A DNA stretch of 41,948 bases, taken from Clostridia bacterium (GTDB taxonomy: Bacteria; Bacillota; Clostridia; UMGS1883). Every line of letters begins with the position of its first letter. Position 1 is the first letter of the stretch. A program made the position numbers and the translations under genes. The DNA lies in assembly GCA_017547445.1 (NCBI GenBank), contig JAFYPR010000119.1, positions 1-41,948 of the forward strand. Reading direction: 5' to 3'. Positions 35,001 to 41,948 of this stretch are shown in pieces. The notes beneath the pieces are model-generated. The model was given only the letters and a program-made list of their open reading frames with translations. It was not told the DNA's origin and made no database searches.

Positions 35001-36220
35001 TCTTTCGGCACTATCACACCTCTTGCCCACTTTTGTTCAAAAACCATATGTGCCGCATTTTCAATATCCTTTTTTGTTATGGAGTTAATTGCTTTTACAA
35101 TATCCTCCACAGGGGTCACCTTATTGTAAATTAAAAGGTCCTTGCCAAGTGCCGTCATACGGCTTGCAGGGTTTTCCAGATCCATAAGTATTGCCGCCTT
35201 CACCTGCTCCTTGCCCTTTGTAAGCTCGTAATCGGTTATTCCGTCCTTTAAAAGGGCAGATATTTCCTTGTGTATAAGCTCCTCCGCACTGTCTAAGCAA
35301 TTTACATTAAGTCCCGTATATATGCCTAAAATACCTGCCGCCTCCGTCTGCATGGAGTAGGAATATACACTGTAGCACAAGCCTCTTTCCTCTCTTACAG
35401 TACGGAAAATCCTTGACGACATACCTCCGCCGAAAATACTGTTCAATGCGGAAAGCGAATAATCCATCTTATCGTCACCTGTTGGCACAGATGGGAAGGA
35501 AAGGCACAAATGCGCCTGTTCAACGTCCTTTTCCCATTTTATATCAACCGCCCTGAACCTGGGCTCAATTATCCTGTCACCTTTAAAGGCTGCGATATAG
35601 CTTCCAAAATATTTTTGTGCATATCTTATTGCATCTGCCTCGTCAAATTTACCGCACACGGTAATAACGGTGTTGTCGGGGGTATAATAGCGGGACATAT
35701 ATTCAAGCATCAGCTTTCTGTCAATTTTATCAACAGACTCAATAGAGCCTGCGATTTCACGGCCCAATGCACTATTGGGGAAAACCGCCTCTAAAAGTCT
35801 GTCCTGAACCAAATCCTCAGGGCAGTCCTCAAACATCATGATTTCCTCTTTGATTACGCCCCTCTCTAAATTCACATCCCTTTTATCCATTTTCGGGTTA
35901 TGGTAAATATCAGAGAGGATATCAAAGGATAATTCCATATGCTCGGGAAGTGTTCTTGAATAATAGCAGGTGCAATCACGGCTTGTAAAAGCATTTACCT
36001 GACCGCCCACATAGTCTGTTTCTTCGCTTATCTGTTGCGCAGTCCTGTTTTTTGTGCCTTTGAAAACCATATGCTCAATAAAGTGGCTTATCCCCCACTC
36101 TTCATATGTTTCATTACCGCTTCCGCACCTTACCCATACACCCACAAAAACGCTTTGTGCGCCCGGCATCGGCTCGGTTATTATTTTAAGCCCGTTATTC
36201 AAAACTGTAATTTTATTCAT
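34994..36220 (-). CDS. M16-family zinc peptidase (YmxG/MlpA-like, downstream of pnp)
   Basis: HxxEH motif in HFIEHMVFKGT, 408 aa. This is the conserved Firmicute position after pnp. Confidence 0.88.
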   Translation of the reverse strand: MNKITVLNNGLKIITEPMPGAQSVFVGVWVRCGSGNETYEEWGISHFIEHMVFKGTKNRTAQQISEETDYVGGQVNAFTSRDCTCYYSRTLPEHMELSFDILSDIYHNPKMDKRDVNLERGVIKEEIMMFEDCPEDLVQDRLLEAVFPNSALGREIAGSIESVDKIDRKLMLEYMSRYYTPDNTVITVCGKFDEADAIRYAQKYFGSYIAAFKGDRIIEPRFRAVDIKWEKDVEQAHLCLSFPSVPTGDDKMDYSLSALNSIFGGGMSSRIFRTVREERGLCYSVYSYSMQTEAAGILGIYTGLNVNCLDSAEELIHKEISALLKDGITDYELTKGKEQVKAAILMDLENPASRMTALGKDLLIYNKVTPVEDIVKAINSITKKDIENAAHMVFEQKWARGVIVPKDN

Positions 36221-36232
36221 TTACTATCACCT

Positions 36233-36263
36233 AAAAATTAAGGGCGGATAACATATCCGCCCT
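36233..36263 (-). terminator. terminator/attenuator between pnp and the M16 peptidase gene
   Basis: AGGGCGGATA-aca-TATCCGCCCT (36241-36263), followed on the - strand by TTAATTTTT, then the peptidase SD. Confidence 0.65.
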
Positions 36264-36273
36264 GATATTTTTA

Positions 36274-38373
36274 TTATTCCTGACCTTCAGGCTTGGGAAG
36301 AGCGTCCTTACGGGAAAGATTGATTCTGCCCATGCGGTCAAATTCGATAACCTTAACCATAATTTCATCGCCAACACTTACCACGTCACTAACCTTTTCA
36401 ACTCTCTTGTGGTCGAGCTTGGAAATGTGAACAAGACCTTCCTTACCGGGAAGGAATTCAACAAATGCACCGAAGTCCATAAGCTTTGTAACCGTTCCGA
36501 GGAATACTTCGCCGATTTCGATATTACCGCAAACGCCGTTGATAAGCTTCATAGCCTTTTCAGCAGCTTCTGTATCAGTTGTAGCGATAAGAACTGTACC
36601 ATCGTCCTCAATGTCAATCTTAACATTTGTCATAGCTGTAATCTTCTGGATTGTCTTGCCCTGCTTACCGATGATATCACCAATCTTTTCGGGGTCAACC
36701 TGCATTGTGAATATCTTGGGAGCATAGGGAGAAAGCTCTGCACGAGGCTCTGCGATACAGGGAAGCATACATTCGTCAAGAATTTTATAACGGGCATCAC
36801 GTGTCTTAATAAGAGCTTCCTTAATGATTTCGGGTGCAAGACCGTCAATCTTTATATCAACCTGGATAGCTGTGATACCCTTCTTTGTACCTGCCACCTT
36901 AAAGTCCATATCGCCGAAGAAGTCCTCTAAGCCCTGAATATCAACCATAGTGATGAAGCGGTCGCCTTCTGTAACAAGACCGCAGGAGATACCTGCAACA
37001 GGTGCCTTAATCGGAACGCCTGCATCCATAAGAGCAAGAGTAGAGCCACAGATACTACCCTGAGAAGTGGAACCGTTGGAAGAAAGAACTTCACTTACAA
37101 GTCTTAAAGAATAGGGGAATTCTTCCTTGGAGGGAATAACGGGAACAAGTGCCTTTTCAGCAAGTGCACCGTGACCGATTTCACGTCTGCCGGGACCGCG
37201 GCTTGCTCTTGTTTCGCCAACGGAATAGCTGGGGAAGTTATAGTGGTGCATATATCTCTTTTCAACTTCTTCATCAATACCGTCAAGAAGCTGAGCTTCG
37301 GAAAGTGTGCCGAGTGTTACAGTTGTTAAAACCTGTGTCTGACCACGAGTAAAGAGACCTGTACCGTGAACACGGGGAAGAAGACCAACCTCGGAAGAAA
37401 GAGGACGGATTTCGTCAAGCTTTCTGCCGTCAACACGTCTTCCTTCGTCAAGAATCCATCTTCTTACAATGTACTTCTGGAGCTTGTAGATAGCTTCGTC
37501 CATAAGTGCAGTTTCAACCTCGGGATACTTTTCACTCATAGCTTCGTATACCTCTTCGTATACGGGCTTAAGTCTTTCTTCACGGATGTTCTTGTCATCT
37601 GTGTCAAGAGCAAACTTAACCTTATCAATAGCAAATGCCTTGATATCTTCGTACAAATCTGCAGGTACTTCGATAGGTGTGTATTCAATCTTTTCCTTAC
37701 CGATAGCAGCCTGAATTGTTTCGATGAACTCACAAATCTTAACGATTTCTTCATGAGCCTTCATGATAGATTCAAACATCAATTCTTCGTCGATTTCATT
37801 ACCGCCCGCTTCAATCATGTTAACCTTTTCCTTTGTACCTGCGATAGTAAGATACATTTCACTTACTTCTCTCTGAGCCAAAGTGGGGTTAATAACGATT
37901 TCGCCGTCAACAAGACCTACAGTAACACCTGCAATGGGACCATTGAAGGGAGCGGGAGAAATGCATGCCGCAATAGATGCACCAACCATAGCCGCAACCT
38001 CGGGAGAGCAGTCAGGGTCAACGCACATTACTGTTGTAACGATAGACACGTCGTTTCTTAAATCCTTGGGGAACAAGGGTCTCATGGGACGGTCGATACA
38101 ACGGGATGCAAGGATTGCCTTTTCAGAGGGACGACCCTCTCTCTTAAGATAACTGCCGGGAATTTTACCTGCAGCATAGAGCTTTTCTTCGTAATCTACA
38201 GCTAAGGGGAAGAAGTCAACGCCTTCACGGGGCTTTGCTGAAATTGTACAAGCAGCATGAACTGCTGTGTCACCGTAGCGTACAAGACAGCTACCGGAAG
38301 CAAGCTGTGCCATCTTGCCTGTTTCGATAACAAGAGGACGGCCTGCAAATGTTGTTTCAAATGTTCTGAACAT
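36274..38373 (-). CDS. pnp: polyribonucleotide nucleotidyltransferase (PNPase)
   Basis: 699 aa with two RNase PH domains, KH, and S1 (..GTVTKLMDFGAFVEFLPGKEGLVHISK..). Confidence 0.96.
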   Translation of the reverse strand: MFRTFETTFAGRPLVIETGKMAQLASGSCLVRYGDTAVHAACTISAKPREGVDFFPLAVDYEEKLYAAGKIPGSYLKREGRPSEKAILASRCIDRPMRPLFPKDLRNDVSIVTTVMCVDPDCSPEVAAMVGASIAACISPAPFNGPIAGVTVGLVDGEIVINPTLAQREVSEMYLTIAGTKEKVNMIEAGGNEIDEELMFESIMKAHEEIVKICEFIETIQAAIGKEKIEYTPIEVPADLYEDIKAFAIDKVKFALDTDDKNIREERLKPVYEEVYEAMSEKYPEVETALMDEAIYKLQKYIVRRWILDEGRRVDGRKLDEIRPLSSEVGLLPRVHGTGLFTRGQTQVLTTVTLGTLSEAQLLDGIDEEVEKRYMHHYNFPSYSVGETRASRGPGRREIGHGALAEKALVPVIPSKEEFPYSLRLVSEVLSSNGSTSQGSICGSTLALMDAGVPIKAPVAGISCGLVTEGDRFITMVDIQGLEDFFGDMDFKVAGTKKGITAIQVDIKIDGLAPEIIKEALIKTRDARYKILDECMLPCIAEPRAELSPYAPKIFTMQVDPEKIGDIIGKQGKTIQKITAMTNVKIDIEDDGTVLIATTDTEAAEKAMKLINGVCGNIEIGEVFLGTVTKLMDFGAFVEFLPGKEGLVHISKLDHKRVEKVSDVVSVGDEIMVKVIEFDRMGRINLSRKDALPKPEGQE

Positions 38374-38425
38374 ATCTTTTTTTCCTTTCTAAAAATACTT
38401 TGTTTTTCAGAGAGCTTATGAGATA

Positions 38426-38474
38426 TTATCACTTATGTATATCTCCGATTTTCGGGGACATATATAAGTGATAA
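38426..38474 (-). promoter_or_regulatory. long imperfect hairpin in the pnp 5' leader
   Basis: ~23 bp of pairing between 38426-38448 and 38452-38474, with one mismatch and two G-U pairs. It lies ~50-100 nt upstream of the pnp start. Confidence 0.5.
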
Positions 38475-38524
38475 GCGAATAGTCATAAGCCCTCGCCTAC
38501 CATATTTTTCGGTTTGTAAACGTG

Positions 38525-38556
38525 AAAACAAGGCGGAACAGAATTGCTCCGCCTTG
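38525..38556 (-). terminator. rpsO terminator
   Basis: CAAGGCGGA / TCCGCCTTG (38529-38556), followed on the - strand by TTTT. Confidence 0.75.
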
Positions 38557-38564
38557 CTCAATAA

Positions 38565-38828
38565 TTACTTTCTCAAACCGAGCTTAGCAACGATTGCACG
38601 ATAACGATTGATATCCTTCTTTGTAAGGTAGTCAAGAAGACCACGTCTCTTACCAACCATCATAAGAAGACCACGTCTGGAATGGTGATCCTTCTTGAAC
38701 TCCTTAAGGTGTTCATTGAGGTGGTTGATTCTCTCTGTAAGGAGAGCAATCTGTACTTCGGGAGAACCTGTGTCTGTGGGAGACAACTGGAATTCCTTGA
38801 TAATCTCTGCTTTTCTTTCTGCTGTCAT
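38565..38828 (-). CDS. rpsO: 30S ribosomal protein S15
   Basis: ..[32 protein letters not shown].. Start at ATG 38828 (87 aa), with GGAGG 8 nt upstream. The ORF-track ATG lies inside the SD. Confidence 0.95.
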   Translation of the reverse strand: MTAERKAEIIKEFQLSPTDTGSPEVQIALLTERINHLNEHLKEFKKDHHSRRGLLMMVGKRRGLLDYLTKKDINRYRAIVAKLGLRK

Positions 38829-38932
38829 GGTAATTACCTCCATAAATATAATAAAATTATTATTCCCCGTCAGTCAAAGGCATTGGTCGGAGCTTCCGAA
38901 CCCCTTGATTGCGGACAAGGCTTATAAAGCCG
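38829..38932 (-). promoter_or_regulatory. ~100-nt rpsO 5' leader with local hairpins (possible S15 autoregulatory leader)
   Basis: The leader length follows from the promoter call. It contains GGCTT-tat-AAGCC and GGT(T)CGG-aagct-CCGACC hairpins. Assignment as an S15-binding leader is an inference. Confidence 0.35.
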
Positions 38933-38938
38933 TTTATT

Positions 38939-38967
38939 ATATTAACACAAGGCATATTTAATGTCAA
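38939..38967 (-). promoter_or_regulatory. near-consensus extended -10 promoter for rpsO
   Basis: The - strand reads TTGACA (38962-38967), 17 nt, TGt-TAATAT (38939-38944). Confidence 0.7.
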
Positions 38968-38999
38968 GATGTTTTTTAAGAAAATCTTGACATTAAATA
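38955..38999. repeat. perfect 16-bp inverted repeat (TATTTAATGTCAAGAT / ATCTTGACATTAAATA) with a 13-nt spacer
   Basis: Read directly. The left arm contains the rpsO -35 box, and the right arm carries a mirror TTGACA on the + strand. Confidence 0.85.
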
Positions 39000-39018
39000 C
39001 AATCGGCAACGAGTAATT

Positions 39019-39051
39019 ACTTTCGGTAATTTTGTGTATTGCCACAGAATT
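39019..39051. repeat. islet motif, copy 1 (ACTTTCGGTAATTTTGTGTATTGCCACAGAATT)
   Basis: It ends 1 nt before the ATPase stop codon and contains the palindrome AATTTTGTG-n6-CACAGAATT. Confidence 0.85.
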
Positions 39052-39052
39052 A

Positions 39053-40348
39053 TCAATTCATTATGCTTTCATCCAGTAAAAACCTTTCAATACCGATATA
39101 AAAAATCCCATTATCGTCATTGTAAGGTATAATATTATCACGTACAACCACAATTTTTTTAAAAGAGTCCCCTACATTTTTCAGCGAGCGTATCTCCTGA
39201 TTCCGTTTTTCTTCATCCGATATTGACAAAGCTGATTGAATATAATACTTTTGGCTTCCCTTGTTTGCAATAAAATCAATTTCCAGATTTGCACGCTTGC
39301 TCTTTTTATCCTCTCCGCGGTAAAAATATTCAACAACGCCTACATCCACATTGAATTCACGATATATCAGCTCATTGTAAATAATATTTTCCATTATATG
39401 ATTTTCTTCCATTTGTCTGAATTTGAGTCTTACATTTCTTAGTCCCACATCGCTGAAATAATATTTCAAAGGTGAGCCGATATATTTTCTGCCTTTGACA
39501 TCAAAGCGTTCCGCCTTTGATATGAGAAATGCATCAATAAATAAATCAAGATATCTGCCTACAGTGGCGGCATCAATATTCATTTGGCGATTACTTTTAA
39601 AGGTTTTTGCAATATTATTTGCATTTGTAAGCGAACCTATGGAAGAGGACACAATATTTAATATATCATCCAGAACACTTTTCTCATAAAGGATTTTGTT
39701 TCGCTCCATTATGTCGCTTAAATATATTTTATCGAAGAGCGACTCAAGATATTTCGTCTTTTCTTCGCGGGTTTGCTTTTTCATCACAAGAGGCAATCCC
39801 CCGTAGGCGCAATATTCCTGCCACGCATCACGCTTGTCACCGGAGAAGGCATTATAAAACTCACCAAAGGATAATGGATTAACCCTTATTTCGTCCCCTC
39901 TGCCCCTGAATTCCGTCAAAATATCTGACGAAAGCATTTTTGAGTTACTTCCCGTTACATAAAGGTCAATATTATCACGTTTCATAAGCCCCAAAAGAAC
40001 ATCAACAAAGCCTATCTTATCTTCAACATCCTTTATATATGGGTTTTGAATAGTCACAACCTTTTGTATTTCATCAATAAAAACGTAATATGTTTTCTCT
40101 TTATCTGCAGTTTTTTCTCTTAAATATGCACCCAACTCCAACGGATTTCGATATCTGATATTTTCATCATCATCAAGGGCAAGTTCAATAACGCAATCTT
40201 CCTCTACACCTTGTGAAATCAAATGCTTTTTGTAAATGTCAAAAAGAAGGTATGACTTTCCGCTTCTGCGAATACCCGTAATAACCTTAACAAGTCCGTT
40301 TCCTTTTTTGCTTATCAATTTGTCCAGATATTTTTTTCTTTCAATCAC
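39053..40348 (-). CDS. AAA+ ATPase of the AAA_14/DUF4143 family
   Basis: Walker A GIRRSGKSYLL and Walker B YVFIDEIQ. The C-terminal DUF4143-like region has LEIDFIANKG...YYIQSA. Start taken as GTG 40348 (GTGGGGA SD 5 nt upstream; the N-terminus is then MIERKKYLDKL). The ORF-track TTG at 40369 lies inside motif copy 2. Confidence 0.8.
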   Translation of the reverse strand: MIERKKYLDKLISKKGNGLVKVITGIRRSGKSYLLFDIYKKHLISQGVEEDCVIELALDDDENIRYRNPLELGAYLREKTADKEKTYYVFIDEIQKVVTIQNPYIKDVEDKIGFVDVLLGLMKRDNIDLYVTGSNSKMLSSDILTEFRGRGDEIRVNPLSFGEFYNAFSGDKRDAWQEYCAYGGLPLVMKKQTREEKTKYLESLFDKIYLSDIMERNKILYEKSVLDDILNIVSSSIGSLTNANNIAKTFKSNRQMNIDAATVGRYLDLFIDAFLISKAERFDVKGRKYIGSPLKYYFSDVGLRNVRLKFRQMEENHIMENIIYNELIYREFNVDVGVVEYFYRGEDKKSKRANLEIDFIANKGSQKYYIQSALSISDEEKRNQEIRSLKNVGDSFKKIVVVRDNIIPYNDDNGIFYIGIERFLLDESIMN

Positions 40349-40358
40349 ATAAATCCCC

Positions 40359-40385
40359 ACTTTCGGCAATTTTGTGTATTGCCAC
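40359..40385. repeat. islet motif, copy 2 (ACTTTCGGCAATTTTGTGTATTGCCAC)
   Basis: It lies between the predicted ATPase transcription start and the SD. It contains GGCAAT-n7-ATTGCC. Confidence 0.85.
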
Positions 40386-40400
40386 GTTTTTTCCGATTTA

Positions 40401-40429
40401 ATTATATAATATCCAAAGACTTATGTCAA
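40401..40429 (-). promoter_or_regulatory. perfect consensus sigma-70 promoter for the ATPase gene
   Basis: The - strand reads TTGACA (40424-40429), 17 nt, TATAAT (40401-40406). Confidence 0.7.
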
Positions 40430-40434
40430 TATTC

Positions 40435-40467
40435 ACTTTCTAAAATTTTGTGTATTGCCACAGAATT
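40435..40467. repeat. islet motif, copy 3 (ACTTTCTAAAATTTTGTGTATTGCCACAGAATT)
   Basis: It sits between the two divergent -35 boxes and carries the same palindrome as copy 1. Confidence 0.85.
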
Positions 40468-40474
40468 TTAGAAT

Positions 40475-40503
40475 TTGACTCTGAATTCACTATATGCTAT
40501 AAT
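40475..40503 (+). promoter_or_regulatory. near-consensus extended -10 promoter for the small membrane protein gene
   Basis: TTGACT (40475-40480), 17 nt, TGc-TATAAT (40498-40503). Confidence 0.7.
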
Positions 40504-40524
40504 CTGAATAAGGAAGTGATAATA

Positions 40525-40866
40525 ATGAAAGCCTCAAAAGCATTTACCGTAATCAGCTACATACTCCAGACAATATTGTTTATTGCAATTATGGTATTGA
40601 ACTCCGACAACACTGCACCACATATTATTGCATTTGTTACAGTGAATTTAATTTGCATTGCTGTTATGTCCAAGCTGTTTACAAAAGAGGTCTCCTGCGA
40701 TATTCATGACAAAGTATACACAGAATATCCCTATATAAATCACTTTAAAATTTTAAAGTATGCACTCTTTTCCGAAGATAAGCTTACACGAAACCTGTTA
40801 CGCTTTCAGTATTTGTTTATCTTCATTGGCTTTGCCGAATTTATTTTATTGGACATTCTTTTATGA
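40525..40866 (+). CDS. small membrane protein, unknown function (3 predicted TM, 113 aa)
   Basis: ATG 40525 with AAGGAAG 7 nt upstream. The sequence has hydrophobic segments. I recognise no family. Confidence 0.55.
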   Translation: MKASKAFTVISYILQTILFIAIMVLNSDNTAPHIIAFVTVNLICIAVMSKLFTKEVSCDIHDKVYTEYPYINHFKILKYALFSEDKLTRNLLRFQYLFIFIGFAEFILLDILL

Positions 40867-40890
40867 TATTAATATTTATATCGCAATGAA

Positions 40891-40912
40891 AGAATTTCGT
40901 ATGCGAAATTCT
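40891..40912. other. 9-bp hairpin after the small membrane protein gene
   Basis: AGAATTTCG-tatg-CGAAATTCT. There is no T-run, so terminator function is uncertain. Confidence 0.5.
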
Positions 40913-40916
40913 ACCT

Positions 40917-40951
40917 GAATTCCTAATTACTAATTACTAATTTCTAATTAT
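40917..40951. repeat. tandem heptamers: GAATTCC TAATTAC TAATTAC TAATTTC TAATTAT
   Basis: Read directly: 5 units of the same TAATTNC type as at 34974-35000. Confidence 0.85.
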
Positions 40952-40961
40952 ATTTGCGGAC

Positions 40962-41020
40962 GAGTACAGAGATAACAAAAAGGACGGCTGAGCCGTCCTT
41001 TTCAAGTTATCTCTGTACTC
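40962..41020 (-). terminator. kdgK terminator: compound hairpin that includes the last codons of the gene
   Basis: Outer perfect 15-bp inverted repeat GAGTACAGAGATAAC / GTTATCTCTGTACTC. The inner stem is AAGGACGGC-tga-GCCGTCCTT, followed by a T-run on the - strand. Confidence 0.75.
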
Positions 41021-41948
41021 TACCCGAGCCGTCGCCACCCATAAGAGTTTCAACTTCTGCTCTTGTTACCATATTCATATCACCGGGGATTGTGTGCTTT
41101 AATGCACTTGCCGCAACACCGAATTCCAGAGCCGTCTTGAAATCCTTACCGTCAACCATACCGCAGATAACGCCTGCCGCAAAGCTGTCGCCGCCGCCTA
41201 CACGGTCAACGATGGGGCAAATTCTGTATTCACGGGAATGATAGAATTCCTTTGTGTCTCTTGCATAGATACAAGCGGACCAACCGTTGTCGGAAGCAGA
41301 GTGAGACACTCTGAGAGAAGAAATTACGTATTCAAAGTTGAACTTTTCAACCATCTGTTCAAAAATGCTCTTGTAGCCTGCCAATTCCAATTCACCGCTT
41401 GTAACGTCTGTTTCGCCGGGCTTGAAGCCTAATACCTTTTCAGCGTCCTCTTCGTTACCGATACAAACGTCAACATACTGCATAAGGTTTGTCATAACCT
41501 TCTGAGCCTTTTCGCTTGACCAGAGCTTCTTACGGAAGTTAAGGTCACAGGAAACCTTTACACCATGCTCCTTAGCCTTCTTGAGAGCAACCTCTGTTAA
41601 TTCAGCAGCCGCATCACTTACTGCAGGTGTAATACCTGTGAAGTGGAACCAGTCACAGTCAGAGAAAATCTTGTCAAAATCAAAATCCTCTGCTGCTGCT
41701 GTGGATATGGAAGAATGAGCACGGTCATATACTACGTTACTTGCACGCATGGAAGCGCCTGTTTCAAGGAAGTAAATACCGAGTCTTTCACCGCCACGGG
41801 CAATGTTCTTTGTTTCAACATTCATCTTGCGGAGTGCCGCTACTGCACATTCACCGATGGGGTTAGAAGGTACCTTTGTCACGAATTCAGCATCGTGACC
41901 GTAGTTTGCCAAAGATACTGCAACGTTAGCTTCGCCGCCGCCGTAGCA
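41007..41948 (-). CDS. kdgK: 2-dehydro-3-deoxygluconokinase (PfkB family), N-terminus beyond the window
   Basis: ..GGERLGIYFLETGASMRASNVVYDR.. and the PfkB C-terminal motif GGGDSFAAGVICG. The ORF is open to the window edge. Confidence 0.85.
   Translation of the reverse strand, partial: CYGGGEANVAVSLANYGHDAEFVTKVPSNPIGECAVAALRKMNVETKNIARGGERLGIYFLETGASMRASNVVYDRAHSSISTAAAEDFDFDKIFSDCDWFHFTGITPAVSDAAAELTEVALKKAKEHGVKVSCDLNFRKKLWSSEKAQKVMTNLMQYVDVCIGNEEDAEKVLGFKPGETDVTSGELELAGYKSIFEQMVEKFNFEYVISSLRVSHSASDNGWSACIYARDTKEFYHSREYRICPIVDRVGGGDSFAAGVICGMVDGKDFKTALEFGVAASALKHTIPGDMNMVTRAEVETLMGGDGSGRVQR

Noticed and set aside
37366-38061. Long antisense ORFs opposite pnp, dnaE, glcK, prfA and others (for example 37366-38061, 19706-20374 and 22730-23248).
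   Set aside because: These are shadow ORFs on the strand opposite well-supported conserved genes. Their translations are low-complexity, with no recognisable motifs.
38860-39045. 61-aa - strand ORF upstream of rpsO.
   Set aside because: It spans the rpsO promoter, the 16-bp palindrome and islet motif copy 1. It has no SD and is most likely non-coding.
40444-40467. A CRP/FNR-type site, because of TGTG...CACA.
   Set aside because: The spacing is TGTG-n6-CACA rather than TGTGA-n6-TCACA (effectively n8), so it is not a canonical CRP/FNR box. I kept it only as a generic palindromic operator candidate.

Overview
This window is a chromosomal segment from an anaerobic Firmicute. The gene content looks Clostridia-like: whiA-rapZ-murB, hprK, a DUF421 protein, hydG, the pyrH-frr-uppS-cdsA-dxr-rseP cluster, the nusB-xseA-xseB-ispA cluster and rpsO-pnp. 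I call 37 protein genes. Most are on the - strand, tightly packed or overlapping, and almost all are housekeeping. I saw no rRNA, tRNA, CRISPR array, transposase, integrase or recognisable defence or toxin gene, and no clear multi-gene novel system.

Four things are not ordinary housekeeping:
- Three families of structured intergenic repeats, each present twice, with compensatory stem changes between copies.
- Repeat family C, the strongest novelty candidate. It reads as a promoter-to-terminator cassette for a ~140-nt structured RNA (30871-31094 and 33639-33854).
- An AT-rich ~1.9 kb islet between rpsO and kdgK. It carries an AAA+/DUF4143 ATPase and a small membrane protein, driven by back-to-back near-consensus promoters, with three copies of a 27-33 bp motif around the ATPase gene.
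- A 781-aa nucleotidyltransferase/LbH/phosphohexomutase fusion in which I cannot find the canonical catalytic motifs, and a stand-alone GMP synthase ATP-pyrophosphatase subunit.

Several ORF-track starts were moved to internal starts with Shine-Dalgarno support, because the longer versions run through repeats or neighbouring genes. All function calls rest on motif and family recognition by eye. No searches were run.
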